The translations under genes were made by a program, and so were the position numbers. Positions 54,001 through 64,000 of a stretch of DNA of 64,000 bases are shown here, in pieces. A model generated the notes under the pieces. That model saw only the letters and a list, made by a program, of their open reading frames with translations. It made no database searches and was not told the DNA's origin. Origin of the DNA: Ptychomitrium polyphyllum (Eukaryota); NCBI GenBank assembly GCA_973851085.1, contig OZ316776.1, forward strand, positions 4,402,001-4,466,000, written 5' to 3'. Position 1 is the stretch's first letter; each line of letters starts with the position of its first letter.

Positions 54001-54652
54001 AGATGGGAACTCGGAAGAACATCGGAGGTGAGCCACGGGCGTGAGCTCAACTTCGGTTAGGACGCCTCGGTGGATGCAGAGGGGTTCCGGTGGCTTCCCT
54101 CTATGCGGTACCAGTATTGTCCGTGGTACTAAATACGTTCGCCCAGCGCTTTCATTCACAGTGGCGACAAGTGAAAAATTTAAGCCACACTGCCAATGGC
54201 CAGGTAACCGGGTTCGGTTACAACGAGCAATTGCACTGGTTTCAGGGCATACGTCATCCCAGTTTTTCTGATATTCCATGACATCACCCTGCACTCTTCA
54301 CCAGGACCTCAGTCCTCACAGGAATTTAATTATTCCTCCATGCATGTTCCCATGCATGACGACGTTGTTGCAATCTTTGATCATCGCAACTTAGACTCAT
54401 GAGTGGAGGACCGTGATTGGTGTTCCGGAATCTCTTTCATGTTCCTTGTTGCAGAGTTGTGTGGATCCGTTTTCCGAAATGACGTCTCTCCTATCAACGT
54501 CTCGGAGGGAGATGATTGTGGTTCCCCTGATCCACTTTGATGGCATAGTCCTACTGCATCGGATTCGCCACCGATGTTCATGAAGGACGATCTCTTTGTT
54601 GCAAGTCTTCGCGACTAATTGGTGCATTTAGGGGTTGGAGGCGGGTGACACC

Positions 54653-57600
54653 ATGTTTGGGAGGCTGTTTTCCAAATCTAAGGGGTCTTCTAACCTAGGC
54701 GATGGAAATGATGCGCCTTCAGAGAAAAAGGTACGTGGTGATTGTTTTTTTGTTGTGCATTTGAGTTGGGTGAGGATGTGATATACGGCACATTTATATG
54801 ATATTGTTTGGCGATGCGAGACTTCGCAGGTGTGGCTTGAGGGTTGTAAATTCCCTGACTTCAAGTTAGGTCCAATCTTAGGAACGGGAAGTTTTGGCCG
54901 AGTACATTTGGCGCATCATACGCCAACTGGTCAACTCTGTGCCATCAAATCTTTGTCCAAGGCCTCAATTGTCAAGACTAAACAGGTAACGCATCCTTAG
55001 CATATTCTCGTCTGCTTGCGAGTCAACTGCTTATAATTTTTAGCGTGTAATTCAATCTGCTCACAAACTTGTATGTGATTAATCCTGTATCATTTTAGAA
55101 CATGTCAGTTTAGTTCTACTCGTCAACATCTCACAATGCGCTATATTTAGTTTCTTTTTCACCTCATGGTGGAATTCTATGGCAGGTGATACACGTGAAG
55201 CAAGAGAAGTCCATCTTAGCCAGGATATCGCATCCTTTTGTGGTCAATCTTCTTGGTTACTGCCAAGATGATCAGTGTGTACATCTTATCATCGAATATG
55301 TTTGTGGGTAAGGGCAGCTTGAAATTCCTGTAGACTACTCTTGTCTTCTGTTCAATTTGCTAAGCAGACTAATTGATATTTCTTTCTTCTCTCACAAAGT
55401 TCGATTGTACGTTCAACAGGGGCGAGTTCTTCACTTACCTTCGCAGCACTGGGCGTTTTGATGAGCAGACTACTGTAAGTAATTCTTGACACTGCTTATA
55501 CATCTGATGAAACCACTTCTTAACTCAGGATTTTGAAACAGTTGAAACACCAATTTATCAATGACTTTCTAGGCATCTGCTTGCACTAGATCCATAAAAT
55601 CAGTTATTAGCCACAAACTATGAGCATCAAATAATTGACTCTGACTGCATTGCTTAGGGAAAAGATATTGCAATAGACTATGAAGAACAGACTCAATCAA
55701 ATTTCAATCCCTAAAAGTAGATTCCATATCAAATAGCACCTCCAGTGGTCTCTGTTGCTGCTTCTCATTGCTTCTATGTGAAGCCCGTCTAATGTGTTAA
55801 TTACCTTGGCAGAGATTCTATGCCTCCCAAGTACTGTGTGCATTTGAGTATCTGCATAACATGGACATCATATACCGAGATCTAAAGGTAGGCACTCTCA
55901 ATTGCTTTTTTGCATATACTGGTTTGATGTTTTAAGTGAGAAAAATTATTATTTGTTGTTCATGTTGAGGTGTATTGATTTTGGAAAGGGTGGTTGCTTG
56001 TGTGGTGCTAGCCTGAGAATTTGCTGCTTGATGAAAAAGGGAACATCAAGGTTACTGATTTTGGGTTTGCTAAGCAAATTGACCGCAGAACTTATACATT
56101 GTGTGGTAAGGTGCTGTTATTTACAACATACTATCCTGCACTGAAGTACTAGTATTGTCTGGTTACATTCTCTTGTGGTTTCTAGTGGGTTGTAACTGGT
56201 CTTTGTAGGGGCTTTATGCAGGTACACCTGATTATCTTGCACCTGAGATCATTCTGAATAAAGGTCATGGCAAGCCTGTTGACTGGTAACCTGTCTATTA
56301 ATTCTTTAGATGAAGATCTAATTAAGTTGGTTAACTTAACAAACTATCACTTAGGTGGTCCTGTTATCACATTCTAGAGATGAAAACCAACTCATCATTT
56401 CATACTTACTAGGATATTAGGCTAATTAGTTGGTGCGGGCATCTTACCACATCTTGCGTTATAAAACTAGGAACTTTTTCAATGTGGGTTTCATTTTTTT
56501 CTTGCATACTACATAGGACTAATAGACTGATAATGTGGCCTTGTGTGACTTGATAGGTGGACTTTTGGGGTTCTGATATATGAGATGCTGGCTGGATATC
56601 CTCCTTTTTATGATGATGGTGAGACAATCTCTGTAGAGGCTCTGACCCAGATTATATTGTGAACTACTGTGTTCTAACATGTATACATTGGCAATCTAGA
56701 ATAGTTATTTCATGAACATTTCTGTAGTAGTGTATACATAGAATATCTTAAATTGATACTGCATTCTAAACATAAGCAAATGTACTTGGATAATTACTAC
56801 TGAAGTTAAATGGAGTTTGACATGTTTTCTTACACAGATGCTGTTGGCACATACCAAAAGATTCTCAGCGGTAAAGTTCAGTTTCCTGGGCATTTTTCAA
56901 GAAGGTATCTACTCATTTTACCATTTTCAAGAATTGAACTAAATGAGTATTCTAGTTGTCTTGGTGTTGCACATAATCAGCCATAGTACATTGGATCCAA
57001 ACCTGACCTTCAAATAAGGCATTTCTAAAGATTCACTCCAAAAGCTTCACGCAAGAGGCAAAGCTCAAGCTGTTGAGAATGAAAAGCATGTTCACACAAG
57101 GAGGGAAACAAAGCACCAAATTTTGGGCTAAGCCCAAGGACAGGAACACTTTATATTATTGTATTTGCATACAGGCCATTTGAGATCTTATAAGGAGGTT
57201 GTAATCTATTGTAAAACACGCCCTTATACACCTTATATATTGGATTACTCTCTCATCCACTAATTGCATCTTGTAATAACATCCTTGTGCAGTGCAAAAG
57301 ATTTATTGAGAAGACTTCTGGTAGCTGATTTGACTAAACGGTATTCACTATTCCTCAACTTTATGTTTTGAATTACAGAATAATGTTGCAAAGTAGCTCT
57401 CAAAAATAACACTTCATGCAAGATATCTTCAATGAGGTTAATTTTTGGAAAATAATCATCCTATGCTTTTTCATAAAGTTAAGACTCTGGATTATTAATT
57501 TGCTATTGCAATGTTCATAACATTTTTGTACTGCTATTAAATATTACTATCATCACCTTGAAAGTGTTACTTAGAAGTTAACTTCATCATTCAATCTTTC

Positions 57601-58028
57601 ATCTATAACTTACTTTACAAGATGTTGGATTACATGTTGGATTACATGGGTTATTATAAGCAGAATAGGGTGCTTAAAAGGAGGAGTAAAGGACATCAAA
57701 ACCCATGATTGGTTTAAAACTATTGATTGGGATAGTATTGTCCGCAAAAAAGACACTCCTCCCATTCGACCAAAAGTTTTGGTACCCTCTGTTTCCTTCT
57801 TCTAACTTTGTATTAAAACTTTGTGAAGAACAATGTGCAAAAATCACTTCATTTACATTGTTTTTAACATGATAGAGTCTTTTTGTGCAAAAACTTAATA
57901 AAAATTACGTATTGTGGATGCAGTCCAAAGATGATACAAGCTGCTTTGATGACTATTCAAAGTTAGGGCCCATGAAACATGAGTTTGTCCTCTCTGCTGA
58001 TGACCAATTACTCTTTAAAGATCTTTGA
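54653..58028 (+). CDS. PKA: cAMP-dependent protein kinase catalytic subunit (PKA-C/PRKX-like AGC kinase), 347 aa
   Basis: Twelve GT-AG exons: 54653-54730, 54830-54985, 55186-55307, 55420-55474, 55813-55887, 56012-56105, 56222-56285, 56557-56618, 56838-56904, 57293-57340, 57664-57781, 57924-58028 (1044 nt, no internal stop). Motifs [91 protein letters not shown]-terminal FKDL. Confidence 0.92.
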
Positions 58029-59353
58029 GAACAACCTCATATAATTCCACTCACCATTGTCCTTATGATGTGATGAATCAAGAGGAAAATTAATGGTTGT
58101 GGTAGCAAGATACCATGTAAAGTGGATAAAAGTTGGCTTATGGGATTGTGTTCAAAAATCTACATACTATATTGGTCCGTTACTTCTATTCCAAATTTGG
58201 CTCATAATTTTTCTTAGAAATCATTTTTTTAATGTAAGAGCATTGTGTATGTATATGATAAATCCTTCCATCTCTTCTGGTCCATTGAAAAAAGGAGAAT
58301 TTATACATAATTATTTAGGATAAAATCCTTATTTGATGAATGAATTATGACATATTGTAATTATAATTGTGTAATCTAAACATGTCACAAATTAAATATT
58401 AGAGTTATTTATAAACTTTATTTTTTTTTTCATTTAAATTTACTTATAATATTTAAGATTGAAGGATTTCTTTGAATTCCATTGTAAATGGAAAAATAGT
58501 TATTCACTAAACCTGTTTGGTCAAAGAATAATTTTGAATTAGAATCAAGGTAATAAAATTTAAGTTTTGATCTAATTTTGTTAAGAGCTCAATGTTGAAA
58601 TTATTTTTATATTTATTGTTCTATTGAAGGATATTTAATAGATGAATAAGATGTGAGCACATAATGTTGGATGAAAAGAATATGAAAATAATTTGATAAA
58701 ATCCTTTCTTATCAAGTTTTCAATTCCAATGTAGCATATTATTATATATTGCAATTTTAAAAGGAAAGTATTCTAAAAGACAAAGTTGAATTTTAAGGGG
58801 ATTGATGTTTTCAATCTAGAACACTATTTATTCCTAAGGTCACCTTATTCTTCACTTCAATCATTATGTTTATAATTAGAATACCAACTATAAATGCAAG
58901 AATGTTCCATCTACCTAATTGGAATATTACTATTTTTAAAAGAATCTTAATTTATATAACCACTTTCTAAAAAAATACATTAAATTTACAAATAATTGCA
59001 TTAAATCATCTCAAATGCATACCACATTATTAAAAAAGATCTTTATAATTCACATAAAACTAGTATTTAAAATTACCACCATTAGACGCATATAAAAACT
59101 ACAAAAAATAAGGACAATGTTCTACATTTAGACATTGAATGGCAAAACTAAAATTATTGGTGCCTATTACACACTACTTTTCAATGTGCATCTAATAGAC
59201 ATTGAAATATCAAAATTCTTTTGTAAAGATGAACTTACGCCTGTGCATTATCATGTTGGCTTGCTTTGTAGGCTTGAGGTTTCTATTTTGAATACAAATA
59301 CCAGAACATCTGACATACTAATATTGAATTCAAGTCTCTTGCAGATGACCGTT

Positions 59354-59430
59354 GACATGGACATCATGGACATCATGGACATCATGGACATCATGGACAT
59401 CATGGACATCATTGACATCAGGGACATCAC
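59354..59430. repeat. Tandem 9-bp repeat (GACATCATG)n, ~8 copies
   Basis: Five exact and three degenerate copies; reads MDI/GHH on + and MMS on -. Confidence 0.95.
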
Positions 59431-59964
59431 AACTGCTAGTGAACTGAACGCATGGCCTCCTAGACATTGTCGTCGCTCAGATGGTTGAGCGCAAGGCTCC
59501 TAACCTTGGGTTCCAGGGTTTGAACCCTGAGGTGGCACATCACACCCAGATGCCTTGCCTCCCTTTCACAGAAAGATGCTCATTATACATAACTCCAATG
59601 TCTCTAAACATGTCCAGCAAAACATACTTCAGCCCCAACTCCCTTGAAGTCAAAGAGGATCCAACCCAAACCAGTCTATGGTAAAGTTGAATTTTGAATC
59701 TGAAATGTCAGAGCAAGTTGCAGTCACTCAAAAGTGGTGAATTGGATAACAAGCTATGCTGCAATTACATCTGCAGAAGGATTAGTTTGTAACTGCCGTT
59801 AACTGATTGTTGTTAACTGGAGGGATTTAATTCACTTCTATGGTAAGATATTGTCCATTTCATGGCCTTCTCATCAAGGCATATAACAACTATTCTGACA
59901 AATTTTTGGTAATGTTTTCTACAATGATTTGCGCCTGCTCCCCAACCACAGCTGCCCTCATCTT

Positions 59965-61781
59965 TGCCGTTAGTTTGAAGAAACTCAAGCACTGCAGTCA
60001 CTACTGGTTTTCCTTTTTGTATGACTGTCAAATTTCAGATCTTTCACTTTCCTGTCAAGAAGTAAATCAAGTTGTATCCGCAGCTTCCGTATTTCCAGAC
60101 CACATCTGTCCATTCATAACGCAAACAATGAGCATAAAGACCAGATGGAAACAAAAGAATTGAATCCATTCCTGAAAGGACCAGCTACATGCAGAGAAAT
60201 TGCAGATATCTTCACTTTCTCGACGCCATATACCAGCTATGGGCGTGAGAAGAGAATGTTTACGCACGCATTGAAAGATGCCGGATTCGGTTCCACTTTT
60301 CCATCCTCTTTTGCGAAGAAGGCGCTCCGCTTCCCACGTGCTTTGCATTGAACGACGTTGGGAAACAAACCAGCACACAGAGCTGCTCTTACTATCTCCA
60401 CGTCTTGATTGTACTTGTTATAAATCTGCCAACACGAGATTTGAATGCAGCACATGAGACTGAATATACATATCATCCGCAATGACCTTTATATCTGGTA
60501 GTTAATGCTTCGTGTCAAGGTAAACTACACTCAGGAAACTATCGACGCTCAAGGTAGTGTGCACTCCACATCACAGTTAACATGGAATAATTCATCCAGC
60601 AGCTTTTAATCCTTACACTTACATGAAAATTGTTACGACAGACATTTACTATGATCATGATAAGTGACCTACGATAAACTATAAAATGAAATACTCAGGA
60701 CATTTTCTCAACATCCTAAAGAAGCATTTCGCAGTGGGGAATGTGGTATGTGATGCAGACCCATACAGTATGAGCTAGAGCCCTCTACTCGACAGCGAAA
60801 GTCGATACCTATTGTGGTCTACCCGTCGTCGATACATTTCGGAACACTGATAAAACAAAACACAAACCACATATTGACCAACGTTACAATATGTTAGGAG
60901 TATCACAAAGCCGCAATGGCACCGACATGCAATATATGATACAGAGAAGTTGGAAGAGAACCAACCTGACGCTGAGAGGAGCCATGACGGTCATCTAGAT
61001 CCGCTCGAAAGTCCGACAATGGTACTACTTTACTCACCACCAGCACTGTGTTTCTACCTATATTGTAAGCGTGACTTTCCTACCAAACAATTCCCATAAA
61101 GGTCACCTTCAAAACAATACACAACATTGGTCTCAACAAGAGGTTAAAACTACAGCGCTTTCAAAAGACCAAAAAGAATTTGCTTAATATCTGTAAGCTA
61201 AGACTCCTTGTCAGAGAGACAAAAGCCTCTTTAGAATTAATGACTTTTAAGCCTATCAGCTTAAAACATCTAGACTTCTCACTTTCAAGGGGCAATCACA
61301 ACTGGTGAACCCCATGCGTACTTAATGTTCTTAAGATATTCTCGATCTACAACAACTCAGAATTCAGCTCACATGCCCTCAAATTAAATGATTCTCACCA
61401 GAGAAGGATCACAAATTCTAAACCTGCACATTCAGTACTTCTAGCAGCCGGAAACGATCCTCAGGCTTCAATTCCTCTTCTGAAATTGTTTTTCACGCAC
61501 ATTGGATGCTAAAAAGCCTGCTTCTCACAAAACTTCAATGGAACTAAAACATTCCGCGAGAGAGGGGGGTTTCGTGATTGTATTGGCAATGAAGAGAGAG
61601 TCTGATTGTACCTTCCCTTGCACCTGCTTCATCTCTCAGCTATCCACACAGGATCCGACCATGGCTGCCCACCTCCTCGACCACTACCTCACCCACGACC
61701 GCCAAAGTCACCCCTTCCTCGGCCTCCACCTCCCCTTCTCCCTCTCCCCAGCGATCTGGGTACCCCTGGCATTGCTCCCAT
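59965..61781 (-). pseudogene. DExH1: Internally deleted DExH-box RNA helicase DExH1-like (DHX36-related) pseudogene
   Basis: N-terminal exon 61781-61624 (RG-rich, GGGQPWSDPVWIAER, with in-frame stops); exon 61074-60966 (HAYNIGRNTVLVVSKVVPLSDFRADLDDRHGSSQRQ); C-terminal exon from 60425 (VRAALCAGLFPNVVQCKARGKRSAFFAKEDGKVEPNPASFN, stop at 60237-60239); and ~60085-59965 (KLRIQLDLLLDRKVKD, frameshift, GKPVVTAVLEFL). All match recalled Arabidopsis DExH1 segments. No helicase core motifs found. Confidence 0.8.
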
Positions 61782-62576
61782 TCCTCCACTACAATAACAC
61801 TAGGAACAACTCTGCACTGCACTCCAGCACGACTGCCAACCACAAATCAATAACTTTGAAACAAGGTTTCCCAAACCTTCTCTGCAACACAAGCCCCTTG
61901 CTCGTTTCCCCAAAAAGAGAGGAGAAAGAAACGAGCAAAAAAAAGGAGAATATAGACAAGCAAAATTGAAACCTTTGACACATACAGAAACACTGACTGA
62001 CCAGAAGAGCTCTGTAAGTAAGTTGGTTGCAGAGAAATCTAGAGAATGTTCAACCCTTAACTTACAGTATGATCTCCACTGCAAGATTGATGATCATTGA
62101 TGATGGTGAGTTGACAAGTTCCTGTGTATGCAAACCTGGTAACAAGTTCTTGGGTGAAATGATTGAGGAGACTGAGGACTCCTTAATTACTTCATTAGCA
62201 TGGCATGGCATGGATGCATTCAACTTGTGATTCTGAGTTTGATTCAAGGGTCTCCTTCTCAACTGAGTCCTTAATTCTTAAGTTGGTGTGACAGTCAGTG
62301 TGAGCTCAATAGGTGAATTCCTTCACATTCTGCAAGTGCCTGTCAGGCTTGCACATCCCACCTCATTCACTCAGCACTTACAGCACTGAAAATAGTATTT
62401 AATGTCACCAATTCTAAATGAGAACATTCCTGGTAACATCACTAAATCTAACAAGCTTTTGACTAAACCAACAATGCACTCTACGACAATTTCTGGATAA
62501 TTTCATGATACTTAATGTTTGTGATGTTAAATATTATTTTCAGGGTGCTTTACTAACTGATAAATACTTAGCCTGT

Positions 62577-62625
62577 GGGAGAGGCATAAGTGAGAGGGGA
62601 GAGGCATAAGCGAGAGGGGAGAGGA
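62577..62625. repeat. 20-bp tandem duplication (GGGAGAGGCATAAGYGAGAG) x~2.4
   Basis: Read directly from the sequence. Confidence 0.8.
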
Positions 62626-64000
62626 GTGTGATTTTCCAGGTAGACAACAGCCTGGTCAACAAGATGAGTGCTTGCCAACAACAAAGGATCCACCAACTTC
62701 AATTGTCCAAAACCTTGCAAGTTCTTGCCCCAACATGTGAAGAGCACCTTGGAGATTTAAGCTTAGCATTTCAGAGCTTCAAATATTGATGGATGGTCCA
62801 GTTATGTGAACAGGCATCTGGTACATTACATTCAATAATATATTACATTCTCTTGGCCAGCCAATATAGTAGATCTGTTCATACTATAACACTGCCTTGC
62901 TGAAACTCTCCCTGTGAATAGGCACCTACCTAGAGAGACTAACTGTTGTACTAGGAAGGTAACATTTATAGTGAGTCAAGTGTGGAGGACAACTCCAACT
63001 CCAACTCCTTCATAACATAAGATACTCCCATCCTTTATATATTGTAATCAAAATTACATACTCCACATCTATAATTCCATAATACTATATAAACTCTATA
63101 ATACAATATAAATTCCATAATACTACATAAACTGCATAATACTCTCTTCATTACATAACACAATGTTGGCAAAGGATTTTTGAATATTTGTACATTTGGC
63201 TACAACTTCCTTATATACTATAACTCATAAAGACTTTTCTGATATTATTCCCATTATATTCTATTATATTCTATTATTCTATTATATTTCTAATAAAAAA
63301 TCAACAAACATACCTTAAGATTTATCATTAAGTGGACTTTAACATCATTGCCTACCATAAGTCAAGGCTTTTATCAACATAGTCAATATAAGTATCTTCA
63401 AAACTACAAGTAAATCCAACTTAATATTATCTTATTGGATGAACTCTATTAACTCATCAATTTAAGTGGCCATCAAATAATCCATTTATTCAAGAACAAA
63501 CATATTTGGTCTCAGACATAATCTTCTCCAAAAACCTAAATGCCAATACAAGACATGATGAATGTTTAATGAAGAGAATTTTTTGTTGGAACTTTGGATC
63601 CAAAACTTTAAAATCCATAATTTTTGTTAGTATTATTTAAAAGTCCATATTCTTTTATATGTGATTTTAAAGGGGAGTTTCTTTTTTTTGTAGAATTTTT
63701 GAATTCCTTTAAATAACAGAAAAAATCTCTATATTTGATGTAATTGTTAAGCAAATAATTTATAGATTTGAAATTCAAATATGAATAGGTCAAAATGTTG
63801 TTGTTAAAAATTGAAACTCATATATATGAGTAGTGCGTCTTGTAAACTATAGCATGACTAAAATCTTACTAATAAGCTTTAAATTTTTTATTTTTTATAA
63901 CAATTTTTTATGAAACAGGAGGGTGGCAAAAAAATTTATGAAATGGTATACTATGGCTACCTAACATGGTAGATTTCACACTAAATTTTTTGGCTTTCTA

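Noticed and set aside
53692..54294. 200-aa minus-strand ORF divergent from the PKA gene
   Set aside because: No recognisable domain; lies in the PKA promoter/5' region. Cannot be supported without expression data.
29693..58028. Idea that MYB80-like and PKA form a reproductive gene cluster
   Set aside because: They are ~21 kb apart across TE debris, probably act in different generations (sporophyte versus sperm), and share no visible regulatory structure.
62950..63320. Low-complexity ATAAT/CTCCAA repeats ending in CAAACATACC-TTAA, like a Tourist MITE right end
   Set aside because: No matching left terminal inverted repeat found.

Overview
This is eukaryotic, intron-rich plant genomic DNA. 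Gene content, GC-rich genes alternating with very AT-rich relic blocks, and a chromovirus-type Gypsy element suggest a moss such as Physcomitrium patens (inference). I reconstructed spliced genes by hand from splice sites and conserved motifs. In order: the 3' half of a DWA2/TSSC1(EIPR1) WD40 gene (+); a FAB1/PIKfyve PI3P 5-kinase that appears to lack the FYVE domain (+); a Core-2/I-branching (DUF266/BC10-like) glycosyltransferase (+); an R2R3-MYB with the MYB80/MS188 signature (-); a decayed full-length chromodomain-bearing Ty3/Gypsy element (-) with a solo LTR inserted in its integrase and a Tf1-like self-priming signature; an intact 12-exon cAMP-dependent protein kinase catalytic subunit (PKA-C) gene (+) that the ORF track misses; and an internally deleted DExH1 RNA-helicase pseudogene (-). 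There are also short tandem repeats, a MITE-like fold-back and an orphan spliced locus at about 3.6-6.2 kb. No rRNA, tRNA or CRISPR array was seen. All family calls come from recalled motifs, not database searches.
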